Shown: positions 1 to 9,835 of the stretch, piece after piece | Layout of the letters: every line of letters begins with the position of its first letter | Position numbering within the stretch: the first letter of the stretch is position 1 | Program-made: the position numbers and the translations under genes | Notes under the pieces: model-generated | What the model was told of the DNA's origin: nothing | Databases searched by the model: none | Seen by the model: the letters and a program-made list of their open reading frames with translations, nothing else | Assembly (NCBI GenBank): GCA_050251875.1 | Contig: JBFWMA010000002.1 | Span: forward strand, 406,606-470,605 | Source: Deferribacterales bacterium | GTDB lineage: Bacteria > Chrysiogenota > Deferribacteres > Deferribacterales > Geovibrionaceae | Direction: 5' to 3' | DNA: 64,000 bases

Positions 1-651
1 CCTCCCGGATATGTGGGATATGAGGAAGGCGGACAGCTTACAGAGGCAGTGCGCAGACGCCCCTACTGCGTCATCCTGCTGGACGAGATAGAAAAGGCGC
101 ACCCGGACGTTTTCAACGTTCTTCTCCAGCTTCTCGATGACGGCAGGCTGACAGACAGCAAAGGAAGAACAGTCAGCTTCAAGAACTGTGTGGTAATAAT
201 GACCTCGAACATCGCCAGCGACATGATTCACGAATCATTCGCAAAAGAAGGAAGCTGGCAGGAAAAATATAATGACATCCAGAAGATAGCCACAGGTCAG
301 CTCTCTATGTATTTCCGCCCCGAGTTCCTGAACAGGATAGACGACATAATCGTCTTTCACCCGCTGGGCAGAGAGCACATAGCCGAGATAGCGGAGATTC
401 TGATGAAAGGACTGGCTAAACGTATAGCCGAAAATAACATTGAACTCACATGGACCAAGTCTGTCATAGATGAAATAGTTTCCGCGGGGTTCGATCAGGC
501 TTACGGAGCCAGACCTATGAAGAGAGCTATCAGAAAACTTATCGAAAATTTCATCGCCGAAAAGATAATAAAAGGCGAGCTGAAACAGGGAGATAAGGCG
601 GAGCTTGACTTTCATAACGGAATGATGCACATTAATTTTTCCCAAGGTTGA
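1..651 (+). CDS. clpB: ATP-dependent chaperone ClpB, C-terminal part (5' truncated by window edge)
   Basis: Frame open from base 1: PPGYVGYEEGGQLTEAVRRRPY, Walker B LLDEIEKAHPDVFN, FRPEFLNRID, YGARP. Confidence 0.9.
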   Translation, partial: PPGYVGYEEGGQLTEAVRRRPYCVILLDEIEKAHPDVFNVLLQLLDDGRLTDSKGRTVSFKNCVVIMTSNIASDMIHESFAKEGSWQEKYNDIQKIATGQLSMYFRPEFLNRIDDIIVFHPLGREHIAEIAEILMKGLAKRIAENNIELTWTKSVIDEIVSAGFDQAYGARPMKRAIRKLIENFIAEKIIKGELKQGDKAELDFHNGMMHINFSQG

Positions 652-671
652 GAGGACATCCGACACAATTA

Positions 672-680
672 TGGTATAAT
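672..680 (+). promoter_or_regulatory. Extended -10 promoter candidate (TGgTATAAT) for the sigma factor gene
   Basis: Perfect TGn-TATAAT 23 bp upstream of ATG 704. Confidence 0.45.
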
Positions 681-703
681 CAACCATCGGAAGTATAACA
701 AAT

Positions 704-1630
704 ATGAATGAAGAAATTGACGAGTCTTTGGACGAAAACGAACAATTAGATCAGGAAGATGAAAATATTGCTGAGGAAGCGGAGCAGGAATTCGTTCCTG
801 CTCCCATCAGCGAAAACTCGCTGAAGCAGTACCTCAACAGTATATCACGCTATAAACCACTCACAAAAGAGCAGGAGTACGATCTCGGAGTGCGTATTCA
901 GAAAGGTGACGAAGACGCTCTGAACAAACTCATCCTCTGCAACCTGAAATTTGTCGTATCCATAGCCAACCGATACAAAAATACCGGTCTGCCCATTTCC
1001 GACCTGATAAATCAGGGGAATCTGGGACTGGTGGAAGCGGCTAAAAGGTTCGACCATACCAAAGACGTTAAATTCATCTCATACGCCGTCTGGTGGATTC
1101 GCCAGTCGATCATTCAGGCTCTGGCGGAACAGTCAGGCACTGTAAAACTGCCCATCAAACAGGCGGGCATCCTTTATAAGATCAACGGCGCTATAGAAAA
1201 ACTGAACAAATCCCTTTCCAGAGAGCCCAGCGCTTTTGAGCTGGCTGAATATCTGAAAATGGATGAAGCCGATATAGAAAACGTTCTCAGGGTCTCCAGA
1301 AACTATCTGTCTCTGGAAGCGCCTATTAAAGACGGTGAAGACCGTTCTTTCATCGATCTGCTGGATTCCGGCGCAGGCGACATAGAGGAAGATATCATAT
1401 CAAAAACTCTGAAAGCCGCTCTGGACGACATAGTGGACGAGCTGGACGAGAGAGAATCCATGATAATCTCATGGCGATTCGGTCTGGACGGAGAAGCCCC
1501 GAAAACTCTGGAAGAGATAGGCGAAGAGATGAACATCAGCCGTGAACGTGTGCGCCAGCTGGAGACAAGAGCCCTGGCAAAACTGCGCAAAAAAGCTATG
1601 AAAAATAAATTGCAGGACTTCCTGAACTAA
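704..1630 (+). CDS. Sigma70 family factor (RpoD/SigA family, lacks region 1.1)
   Basis: Region 1.2 LKQYLNSI, region 2 NLKFVVSIANRY/FISYAVWWIRQ, region 4 TLEEIG..ISRERVRQLE. Confidence 0.92.
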   Translation: MNEEIDESLDENEQLDQEDENIAEEAEQEFVPAPISENSLKQYLNSISRYKPLTKEQEYDLGVRIQKGDEDALNKLILCNLKFVVSIANRYKNTGLPISDLINQGNLGLVEAAKRFDHTKDVKFISYAVWWIRQSIIQALAEQSGTVKLPIKQAGILYKINGAIEKLNKSLSREPSAFELAEYLKMDEADIENVLRVSRNYLSLEAPIKDGEDRSFIDLLDSGAGDIEEDIISKTLKAALDDIVDELDERESMIISWRFGLDGEAPKTLEEIGEEMNISRERVRQLETRALAKLRKKAMKNKLQDFLN

Positions 1631-2010
1631 TGAACACTTATAAACATGTCAGACCGGAACACCTGAACCACAACGGATACCTCTTCGGCGGCTTTATGCT
1701 TCTGTGGATAGACGAAGTGGGCTGGATGACAGCTTCTCTGGACTATCCGGGGTGCAAGCTGGTCACCGTGGCGATGGACAGCATAGTTTTCAAGCATCAG
1801 GTACTGAACGGGTCCATCCTGCGTTTCGAATCTGTCGCAGTAAAAATCGGCAGAAGTTCCGTTACATATAAAGTCGTTGTATTCGCCGATGAACCCGGCG
1901 GTGTTTCCGAAAAAATCGTCTTCTCCACCAACATCACTTTCTGCCGGATTAATGCCGATGGAAAAGCCGTAGCCCTTCCCAAATCAGACAAATTACGCTC
2001 TCAGGAATAA
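1630..2010 (+). CDS. Acyl-CoA thioesterase (hotdog fold)
   Basis: PEHLNHNGYLFGG..WIDE motif; TAATG coupling to the sigma gene. Confidence 0.88.
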   Translation: MNTYKHVRPEHLNHNGYLFGGFMLLWIDEVGWMTASLDYPGCKLVTVAMDSIVFKHQVLNGSILRFESVAVKIGRSSVTYKVVVFADEPGGVSEKIVFSTNITFCRINADGKAVALPKSDKLRSQE

Positions 2011-2042
2011 CCCTCTAACAACGCTCGCCTTGTCATAATTAT

Positions 2043-2071
2043 TTGACATTCGATATGTTCTGTTATATATA
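2043..2071 (+). promoter_or_regulatory. Sigma70 promoter of the mod operon
   Basis: TTGACA(2043-2048)-17 bp-TATATA(2066-2071). Confidence 0.6.
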
Positions 2072-2105
2072 ACGTAAAAAGCGTTATATAATATTCTATA
2101 TATCG
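2051..2105. promoter_or_regulatory. Two ModE-type operator boxes
   Basis: CGATATGTT-N6-TATATAACG (2051-2074) and CGTTATATA-N6-TATATATCG (2082-2105) match the CGNTATATA-N6-TATATANCG ModE dyad, directly upstream of modA. Confidence 0.75.
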
Positions 2106-2119
2106 AAAAAGGAGATAAT

Positions 2120-2833
2120 ATGAAAAAGCTATTACTGATGATGCTTGTTCTGGCGGTGGCTGTATCAGCATACGCCGAAGGTCTTCGTGTGGCTGCCGGA
2201 GCCGGCTACAAAAACCTTGTGGAAGACTGGGCTAACCTGTATGAATCAAAAACAGGCAAGAAGATGGAAAGAATGTACGGCAACATGGGACAGGTAGCGG
2301 CACAAGTAAAACTGGGCGGCGGCATATGCGCTGTTATCGGTGAGGAAGGCTTCCTGAAAACATCCGGTGTGAACTATGCCTCCTACACTCCCATCGGCAA
2401 AGGTATCCTGGTTCTGGTTACCAGAAAAGGACTCACAATCACAGATCCCAAAGAGCTTATAAAACCTGAGTTCGGCAAAATCGCCATCCCCGACACAGAA
2501 AAAGCTATTTACGGTAAAGCCGGACTTCAGCTTATCAACGGGCTGGGCATAGCCGCTGAGCTTTCACCCAGACTGATTCCCGCCGGAACAGTCCCCCGCT
2601 CCGGTTCATACGCTCTCACAGGCGAGGCTGACGCCGCTTTTATCAACATCACTTTCGCTAACAAGAATAAAGAAAACTTCGGCTCAGTGCTTGTTATAGA
2701 AAAAGGCTACAACCCTCTGGACATCACAGCCGCTGTTCTGCCCGACTGTGTTGACAACGAAGATTTAAAAACTTTCCTCGGAATGCTCGGCACTCCCGAA
2801 GTGAAAAAGATAGTAAAACAAAACGGACTTTAA
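2120..2833 (+). CDS. modA: Molybdate ABC transporter periplasmic binding protein
   Basis: Signal peptide, VAAGAG, KIAIPD..AIYG, GEADAAF; SD AAGGAG. Confidence 0.88.
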   Translation: MKKLLLMMLVLAVAVSAYAEGLRVAAGAGYKNLVEDWANLYESKTGKKMERMYGNMGQVAAQVKLGGGICAVIGEEGFLKTSGVNYASYTPIGKGILVLVTRKGLTITDPKELIKPEFGKIAIPDTEKAIYGKAGLQLINGLGIAAELSPRLIPAGTVPRSGSYALTGEADAAFINITFANKNKENFGSVLVIEKGYNPLDITAAVLPDCVDNEDLKTFLGMLGTPEVKKIVKQNGL

Positions 2834-2834
2834 A

Positions 2835-3524
2835 ATGACGGATATTCTGAAAGAAATAACAGATGCCGATACCCTGTTCTCTATCTGGTTAACGGCTAAG
2901 ATCTGTTTCTGGGCTTTTCTGCTGCATGCGGTAATAGGCGTACTTCTCGCATGGTATCTCAGCAGCAAAAAAGCCCCTTTCAGAAATCTGATCGACACGC
3001 TGGTAACTTTTCCTCTGATATTTCCGCCTATAGCCACAGGCTTTCTGCTCCTTCTGCTCATAGGACGCTTCGGTATTCTGGGCAGTTTTTTGCAGAAGAG
3101 TCTGGGCACTGAGCTTATTTTCACACAGAAGGCACTCGTGATAGCAGCCTTTACAGCAGGCTTGCCTCTGGTGGTAAAACCTGTTCAGGCAGCGATCTCG
3201 TCATCGGCCATAAGTTTGATCGAGGCATCGCTGACCCTGGGCAAGAGCCGCATAACTACCTTCCTGTTTGTTGTGGTGCCCAATGTGAAAAGAAGCATTC
3301 TGACCGGTCTTACATTGGGGTTGGGGCGGTCACTCGGAGAGGTGGGGATCACTCTGATGATAGGCGGAAATATCATAGGAAAAACTAATACGCTGTCGCT
3401 GGAAGTCTATAATGCTGTTTTTGAAGGAAATTACTTTCGTGCCGGCGCTCTTTGTTCTATACTGCTTACGGTATCGATAATCATTTTCACTCTTTTAAGA
3501 AAAATGGAAGCGGAGAAGATATAA
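2835..3524 (+). CDS. modB: Molybdate ABC transporter permease
   Basis: PLIFPPIATGF, EAS..LG loop, RSLGEVGITLM.GGNI.GKT. Confidence 0.9.
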   Translation: MTDILKEITDADTLFSIWLTAKICFWAFLLHAVIGVLLAWYLSSKKAPFRNLIDTLVTFPLIFPPIATGFLLLLLIGRFGILGSFLQKSLGTELIFTQKALVIAAFTAGLPLVVKPVQAAISSSAISLIEASLTLGKSRITTFLFVVVPNVKRSILTGLTLGLGRSLGEVGITLMIGGNIIGKTNTLSLEVYNAVFEGNYFRAGALCSILLTVSIIIFTLLRKMEAEKI

Positions 3525-4360
3525 TGTTTTTTTCTGAAAATACTGTAGACCAATGGATAGAAGAGGATGTACCCGGATTCGATCTTACCACAGGGCTTCT
3601 GACATTCGACAAGAAATCACTCAATATAAAATTTTCAGCCAGACACGATATGACGCTCAGCGCCGCTGAGGCCGCTGTCAGGGTTCTGACAAAAGCAGGA
3701 TGCGTTGTGAAGAGCTCTATGGAGAGCGGAACGGCAGTTAAGCAGGGAGACCTGATAATAGAGGCTGACGGAGCGCCCAAATGCGTTCACACAGGCTGGA
3801 GAATCGCTCTGAATCTGCTGGAATACTGCTCCGGCATAGCCACACGCACAAACGGGCTGGTGAAAAAAGCCAGAGCCGTGAACGAAAACATAGTGGTCTG
3901 CGGCACCAGAAAATCTTTCCCCGGTACCAGAAGACTGTCACAGCAGGCGCTTCTGTCCGGAGGCGGAATTTCCCACAGGCTGGGGCTGGCTGAAACGGTG
4001 CTGTTCTTCGCCGCTCATTACGACATGGCTGGCGGGCTGGATAAGCTGTTCGCTGACCTGCCCAAGATCAGGCTGAACTGCATAGAGAAAAAAATAGGTA
4101 TTGAGCTGGAAGACCTGAAAGAGATAGAAAAAGCCGCTAAAGCCGGAATAGACACCATACAAACCGATAAAATGACACCGGATCAGGTAAAAGACGCCGT
4201 AAAACTGGTGAAAAACATAAACCCGAATATAAAAGTTGCCGCCGCAGGCGGAATAAACATCGACAACTGCGCTGAATACGCCGCTTCCGGATGCGATATG
4301 CTCGTTACGTCATGGATGTATTTCGGCAAACCTGCCGATGTGAAGGCTTCTATCTCCTAA
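3524..4360 (+). CDS. modD: ModD, quinolinate phosphoribosyltransferase-like protein
   Basis: QPRTase fold motifs (ED..D.TT, SGIAT, TRK, HRLGL, AAGGI); start moved to ATG 3524 (TAATG coupling with modB). Confidence 0.88.
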   Translation: MFFSENTVDQWIEEDVPGFDLTTGLLTFDKKSLNIKFSARHDMTLSAAEAAVRVLTKAGCVVKSSMESGTAVKQGDLIIEADGAPKCVHTGWRIALNLLEYCSGIATRTNGLVKKARAVNENIVVCGTRKSFPGTRRLSQQALLSGGGISHRLGLAETVLFFAAHYDMAGGLDKLFADLPKIRLNCIEKKIGIELEDLKEIEKAAKAGIDTIQTDKMTPDQVKDAVKLVKNINPNIKVAAAGGINIDNCAEYAASGCDMLVTSWMYFGKPADVKASIS

Positions 4361-5301
4361 GACTGTCCGTTCAGAAATTTCATATCCTCGTCCACGGAGA
4401 TTCCCTTCACGGTGAGGTAGTCTCCCACCATGATACCGCTGGCGCCCGCTCTGAGGCATTTCACGGCGCTGTTCTCCCTGAAGACGATGCTCCTGCCACC
4501 GCACACTCTTATGCTTCTGTCCGGCAGAATGAATCTATAGACTGCGATAATGCGCAGAGCCTCATCCTCTGACAAAACAGCAACACCCTCTTTCGGCGTG
4601 CCTTTGATAGGATTCAGAAAGTTCATGGGGACTGAGTGCACGCCAAGCTCCCGGAGAAGCACGGCAAGCTCATATCTGTGCGCCCATGTCTCGCCAAGCC
4701 CGAAAATTCCGCCGCAGCAGACATAAAGCCCCGCTTTCACCGCGTTTCTGACTGTATCCACATCATCCTGATAACTGTGCGTGGTGCAGATCTCCGGAAA
4801 ATAGCTCTCTGCCACTTCCAGATTATGGTGATAGGCATCCAGCCCAGCCTCTTTCAGCTCAATGAGCATTTCCATGCTCAGACAGCCCACGGAAGCGTCC
4901 GCCTTCAGCCCGTAAGAATTTATTATCCTAAGCCCTTGCTTGATCTTCTGAAATTCATCAGCGTCCGGCACAAGCCCGCTGGTGACGATGCTGAATCTCT
5001 CTACGCCTCTTTTCGCCAGATCTTTGGCGGCGTCCTCTATCTTTTTCAGGTCGATGAAGCCGTATACCGGAGCTCCGGTGTTGAAATGTGACGACTGAGC
5101 GCAGAAGGAGCAGTTTTCACTGCACAGCCCGCTTCTGGCATTTATGATGGCGCATGTCTGGGGCTTTTTGCCCATGTTGCGCAGTTTCAGCTTTTCGGCA
5201 TAGCTCATCAGAAGTTCAAGATCAGTGCCTATGAGCGCCTGAATATCGTCAAATGAGGGCAGTCCGCCCTCTTCCACTTTTTTGAATATATTTTCGATCA
5301 T
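4357..5301 (-). CDS. bioB: Biotin synthase (radical SAM)
   Basis: CSENCSFCAQSS, YHHNLE, CCGGIFGLGE, SVPMNFL, GDYLT. Confidence 0.95.
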   Translation of the reverse strand: MIENIFKKVEEGGLPSFDDIQALIGTDLELLMSYAEKLKLRNMGKKPQTCAIINARSGLCSENCSFCAQSSHFNTGAPVYGFIDLKKIEDAAKDLAKRGVERFSIVTSGLVPDADEFQKIKQGLRIINSYGLKADASVGCLSMEMLIELKEAGLDAYHHNLEVAESYFPEICTTHSYQDDVDTVRNAVKAGLYVCCGGIFGLGETWAHRYELAVLLRELGVHSVPMNFLNPIKGTPKEGVAVLSEDEALRIIAVYRFILPDRSIRVCGGRSIVFRENSAVKCLRAGASGIMVGDYLTVKGISVDEDMKFLNGQS

Positions 5302-5304
5302 GTT

Positions 5305-5976
5305 TTATTCCGAAACGATAATGTATTTTGCGTCAACGTAACCGGTGAAATCGGCGGTTTTGATCTTCAGCCAGTTCACGCCGTCATTGGTGAGTCTGCC
5401 CAGGATGGCTACCTGCTGCCATGAGAGGAGAATCTCCTCCACCTCAGAGTTTCTTGAAGGCGAATGCCACAGAACCACGCCGTCTTTCACAGCGTATCCG
5501 AATCCGGTCTTTGATATGTCAGCGGAATCCGCCGACTTGTATTTTAACTGTTTCTGATTTACGTCATCTATATTTTTCAGTGTTTCTATTCTGGTTGTGC
5601 CGTCATCCTGCTTTGTAACCACTGTTACGGCGGCTCTTTCCGGTTTCTGAGAATCTATTTCGGCTTTCTGCTGCGGGATTGTTTCTGATTCCAGTTTTAC
5701 CACGGAGGCTTTTATGCCGTCCACCATCTCAGCCAGCTTTTTCTGCTGGTCTCTGGCGATATCAACCTCTTTAGACTGTTTGTCAACGCTGTCGTTCATC
5801 ACATCCACGGTGGTTTTGATGTTTATCAGCTCGTTTTTCATCTGATCCGCCACCAGACGTATGGAACGGACATCGTTTCTAATCTGTTCGAGCTGGGTAT
5901 CATAGCTGTCAAATTTTGCTTTGGTAGAGCATGAAAAAAGAAATGAGGCGGATAAGATGATTACTATTTTTTTCAT
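5305..5976 (-). CDS. Lipoprotein with coiled coil and C-terminal SH3b-like domain
   Basis: Lipobox LFSC, heptad-rich segment, W.KIK..GYV..KYI ending. Confidence 0.7.
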   Translation of the reverse strand: MKKIVIILSASFLFSCSTKAKFDSYDTQLEQIRNDVRSIRLVADQMKNELINIKTTVDVMNDSVDKQSKEVDIARDQQKKLAEMVDGIKASVVKLESETIPQQKAEIDSQKPERAAVTVVTKQDDGTTRIETLKNIDDVNQKQLKYKSADSADISKTGFGYAVKDGVVLWHSPSRNSEVEEILLSWQQVAILGRLTNDGVNWLKIKTADFTGYVDAKYIIVSE

Positions 5977-5983
5977 TTATAAG

Positions 5984-7339
5984 TTACTTACATGTTCCTG
6001 ATTCAGTTACCTCAATAAATTTGGCATACATGAATCCGTGGGCGCCGTTATATTCGCACTCCCACCATTCTTTGTTTTCTGTCATTTTTATCAGATCTAT
6101 TCTCGCCATGTAGGGAGCGTTTGTCAGGCTCTCTGATGTGACTGAAGGTTTTGATCTCATCTTAAGACCGCTGGCGGTAGTTATACATCCATATTTAGCC
6201 TTCACAGGCTCTGGTTTTGCCGCAGGCACAGGTTTTTCAGCCACAGGAGGCACAACGACGGGCGCCACAGGCTGAGGTTTCACAGGCTCTGCCGCAGGCT
6301 TGACCGGGACAGCAACTGGTTCTGCGGGGGCTGTTTCCTGAGCTGGAGTTTCTATGACAGCCGGAGTGTCGGGCTGTGCAGGCGTCTCCACCGGAGAAAC
6401 AATCTCTGAAGGCACGTCATTCTTGGCTGTGATGGTTTTGCCACTCGGCTTCATATTCATTAACACATATCCGCCGTATATGGAGATAAAAATGATAAGG
6501 ACAGTCACAGGAAGAGCGTATGTGATGCTTCTCTTTCTGCTGACGCCGTAAAGGTTGGCAGCAGCCATTTTTACATGGTTAGGCGCCACTCGTGACGATT
6601 TCTTTTCGTTCGCTATCTCTATCGCCTTCTGAGCGACTCTGTTGATCTCCGAGGGGATGCCTTTGGAGTAGTGATATATCTCTATGAACGCAGGTTTTCT
6701 GAATATAGGAAAATCTTCGCCCAGCGCTTTTTTGATTCTGTGCTCAACATATTCCGCAGTGTCTTTCATGCTCAGCGCCGCCAGTTCCACAGTGAAGGTG
6801 AATTTTGGTCCGAGCCTGCTGCTGATGTTTTTCATTTTGTCGTGCATGTCGGGACTGCCGCAGAGAATGACCTGAACCAGCTTGCACTTTTCTATCTCTA
6901 TCTCCATGAAGCTGTTGAGAAGCTCCAGACTGCCGTCAGAGATATTTTCGGCGTCATCGATGATAATCAGGTTGTTCATGCCGTCTTTGTATCCGCCAAC
7001 GAAATAATCCATGAGCATCCCGAAGGAAGACTGGGTGTCGCAGGAAGCGCAGTCCAGCCCGAAACCGGAGCATATCTCGGTGATGAGCTTTTCCGGGTCT
7101 TTGATATTTTCGGTGATTACGGCAACGTTGCACTGTTTCAGATTTTCGGAGAGGACGTTGCACGCCATCGTCTTTCCGGAACCTTTGAGACCGGTGAGCA
7201 GCATGAATCCCTTGCGGCTGTTGATGCCGTATTCGAGCAGACTGATAGCCTTGTCGTGGGATATAGAGGAAAAAAAGTATTTGTTATCAGGGTAAACGCT
7301 GAACGGTTCAGCTTTAAACCCGAAAAGATCTCTGCTCAT
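5984..7339 (-). CDS. ExeA/GspA-like AAA ATPase with TM helix, Pro-rich linker and SH3b domain
   Basis: FGFK..PF..PD, Walker A GLKGSGKT, S.GIP..IN, TM segment, SH3b-like C-terminus. Confidence 0.82.
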   Translation of the reverse strand: MSRDLFGFKAEPFSVYPDNKYFFSSISHDKAISLLEYGINSRKGFMLLTGLKGSGKTMACNVLSENLKQCNVAVITENIKDPEKLITEICSGFGLDCASCDTQSSFGMLMDYFVGGYKDGMNNLIIIDDAENISDGSLELLNSFMEIEIEKCKLVQVILCGSPDMHDKMKNISSRLGPKFTFTVELAALSMKDTAEYVEHRIKKALGEDFPIFRKPAFIEIYHYSKGIPSEINRVAQKAIEIANEKKSSRVAPNHVKMAAANLYGVSRKRSITYALPVTVLIIFISIYGGYVLMNMKPSGKTITAKNDVPSEIVSPVETPAQPDTPAVIETPAQETAPAEPVAVPVKPAAEPVKPQPVAPVVVPPVAEKPVPAAKPEPVKAKYGCITTASGLKMRSKPSVTSESLTNAPYMARIDLIKMTENKEWWECEYNGAHGFMYAKFIEVTESGTCK

Positions 7340-7472
7340 GTAGCCTCAATTTTATTAATATCATGAGTATTCTATAATAATATCTATAAAATGTCTACTA
7401 AGTGTTATGATTTGTTGCGCAATAGCGTTCTGCCAGCGCTTTTAAGGTAGTTATGAAATGACAGCGGGCAAT

Positions 7473-7510
7473 AAAAAAGGTTCTTAGCTTTCGGCCAAGA
7501 ACCTTCTTTA
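7473..7510. terminator. Intrinsic terminator downstream of HU
   Basis: Hairpin GGTTCTTAGC/GCCAAGAACC flanked by A-tract and T-rich tract. Confidence 0.65.
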
Positions 7511-7538
7511 AAAACTAAAACTATTTCAAATATTCTTC

Positions 7539-7811
7539 TTAGCCGATTGAATCTTTGAAAAGCTTGCCGGCTGTAAATTTAGGAACTCTTTTTGAGGGAA
7601 TAGTCATTTCTTTTCCACTCTGAGGGTTTCTGCCTTTACGCTCTTTTCTCTCAGATACTGAGAATGTACCAAAGCCGACAAGGGTTACTTTGTCATTTGC
7701 TTTAAGCGCTTCTACAGTTGCTTCTTCGAAAGCTTTGAGAGCTTTTTCAGCATCGGATTTTTTGAGACCTGACATTTCTGAGATCTTCTCAATAAGCTCT
7801 TTCTTGTTCAC
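7539..7811 (-). CDS. hup: DNA-binding protein HU
   Basis: NKKELI, VTLVGFGTF, GRNPQSG, PKF.AGK..KD. Confidence 0.96.
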   Translation of the reverse strand: MNKKELIEKISEMSGLKKSDAEKALKAFEEATVEALKANDKVTLVGFGTFSVSERKERKGRNPQSGKEMTIPSKRVPKFTAGKLFKDSIG

Positions 7812-8036
7812 TACAACCTCCTAACTCAAGAAGTTAAAATTATATACACGCAAGAAGCCCTAAAATCAAGCAAATATTGAAGGGGTCTGCAAAAAAAACT
7901 CACAATTATTAATAAGTAATAAAAACATAGTAACACTGAAACTATAATTATTATTATTTAGAGAGCTTTTGTTCATTTGAAAATTAAACAGAGAATCGCA
8001 TTAGTCCTTTCATATCAATGAAAAGACCCGTTAAAC

Positions 8037-8070
8037 AAAAAATCCCCCGCAAACCTAAGCCAGCGGGGGA
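8037..8070 (-). terminator. Intrinsic terminator after asd
   Basis: TCCCCCGC/GCGGGGGA stem with A-tract (U-tract on the minus strand). Confidence 0.7.
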
Positions 8071-8100
8071 ATTTTACCATTCATAATTCTTATGAAAAAA

Positions 8101-9120
8101 TTATTTTATCAGCAGTTCGGCTATCTGGACGGCGTTTGTCGCCGCGCCTTTACGAAGCTGGTCGCCGACAACCCAGAAAGTCAGACAGTTGTCACGGGCG
8201 ATATCTTTTCTGATACGTCCCACATAACAGTCGTCTCCGCCAGCCACAAAGAGAGGCATGGGATATTCGCCGTTTGCGGGGTTATCTTTCAGCACCAGAC
8301 CGGGAGCCTTAGCGAAGAGCTCTCTTGCCTTCTCCACAGATATCTCTTTCTCTGTCTCTATTGTGACAGACTCAGAGTGCGCGGAAAGTGTGGGAACACG
8401 CACGCATGTGGCGCTCACCTTTATATTGTCATCGTGGAGCATCTTTCTTGTTTCGTTGAACATCTTCATCTCTTCTTTTGTATATCCGTTGTCAGTGAAA
8501 GAATCCACATGAGGGATAACGTTGAAGAGGATCTGCTGAACGAATTTTTCTACCTTAATGGCATCGCCTTTCGCCCATGCTCTTGTCTGGTTCATCAGCT
8601 CTTCCATAGCCTGCGCTCCGGCGCCGGATGTGGACTGGTATGATGAAACGATGACGTTCTTAATTTTAGAGTAATCATACAGAGGCTTCAGAGCCACCAG
8701 CATGATGATGGTAGTACAGTTAGGGTTAGCTATTATACCGTTATGCTTGAAAGCGTCTTCGGGGTTTACCTCGGGCACAACCAGAGGAACGTCTTTATCC
8801 ATGCGGTATGCGGAAGAGTTGTCCACAACCACAGCCCCTGCCTTAACAGCGCTGGGAGCGAACTCAAGGCTTCTGCCGCCGCCTGCGGAAAACAGAGCGA
8901 TATCCACGCCTTCGAAGCAGTCATGCGTCAGTTCTTCAACTTTATATGTTTTGCCCTTGAACGTAATCTCTTTGCCCACGGAGCGTTTGGAAGCCAGGAG
9001 CTTCAGCTCTGCGATAGGAAAGTTTCTCTCTTCAAGTATCTGTAAAAATGTCTCGCCCACTGCGCCTGTCGCGCCGGCGATCGCTACGTTATAAGCGGCT
9101 TTTTTCTTTAATTCTGCCAC
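8101..9120 (-). CDS. asd: Aspartate-semialdehyde dehydrogenase
   Basis: GATGAVG, DNSSAYRM, IIANPNCTT, ATCVRVP, DQLRKGAATNAVQIAE; GTG start at 9120 chosen behind GAGG. Confidence 0.95.
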   Translation of the reverse strand: MAELKKKAAYNVAIAGATGAVGETFLQILEERNFPIAELKLLASKRSVGKEITFKGKTYKVEELTHDCFEGVDIALFSAGGGRSLEFAPSAVKAGAVVVDNSSAYRMDKDVPLVVPEVNPEDAFKHNGIIANPNCTTIIMLVALKPLYDYSKIKNVIVSSYQSTSGAGAQAMEELMNQTRAWAKGDAIKVEKFVQQILFNVIPHVDSFTDNGYTKEEMKMFNETRKMLHDDNIKVSATCVRVPTLSAHSESVTIETEKEISVEKARELFAKAPGLVLKDNPANGEYPMPLFVAGGDDCYVGRIRKDIARDNCLTFWVVGDQLRKGAATNAVQIAELLIK

Positions 9121-9269
9121 GCTTGCACCTCTCATACAAAGTTGATGCATACAAATATGACAACAACGGCACCAATGTCAATATTTATTACCTTTTCAGA
9201 CGTTAAAAAATAATAATTTTCACTAATCCGTTGCAAAAACATAATAGTGTATGCTAACTCATAGATGTC

Positions 9270-9806
9270 ATGGAAAAGATAATATTCAGCATCCCGCTGA
9301 AAAACGGAAAAACAGCAAAGATTTATCAGGGCGCTTTCGGCAGCGGCGAGCATGTCACCACGAAAGAGTGCATCAGGCTCATGGAAAACATGGAGCTGAC
9401 CAATAAAACTATGCTGGACGTTGGCTGCGGGACGGGGATTCTGGGCATCTGCGCATCGCTTCTGGGGGTCGGGTCTGTGACAGGATATGATGTGTCATAT
9501 GACGCGTGCAGAACGGCGAAAGAATGCAACGAACTGAACAGCATCGGGAACAATCATATTATATGCGGTTTCGAAACCGCTATAAAAGGCAGATTTGATA
9601 TTATCTTCGCCAATATATATCTGGACATACTGACGTCCATATCCGATTTTATATATGGCTCGCTGAACGAAGGCGGTCATCTGGTGGTTTCCGGCGTTCC
9701 CATTGAGGAACATTACGACATCAGAAAGCATTATATGAAATATGGTCTCGAAGTTCTTGACTTGAGAATCCACGAAGACTATTGTACTGTTCTTTTTAGG
9801 AAATAA
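9270..9806 (+). CDS. PrmA-like SAM methyltransferase (catalytic domain only)
   Basis: AFGSGEH.TT, LDVGCGTGIL, FANI, LVVSG; lacks the PrmA N-terminal domain. Confidence 0.75.
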   Translation: MEKIIFSIPLKNGKTAKIYQGAFGSGEHVTTKECIRLMENMELTNKTMLDVGCGTGILGICASLLGVGSVTGYDVSYDACRTAKECNELNSIGNNHIICGFETAIKGRFDIIFANIYLDILTSISDFIYGSLNEGGHLVVSGVPIEEHYDIRKHYMKYGLEVLDLRIHEDYCTVLFRK

Positions 9807-9835
9807 GAGCATTCCGGCTCTTAATCAATAAACTG

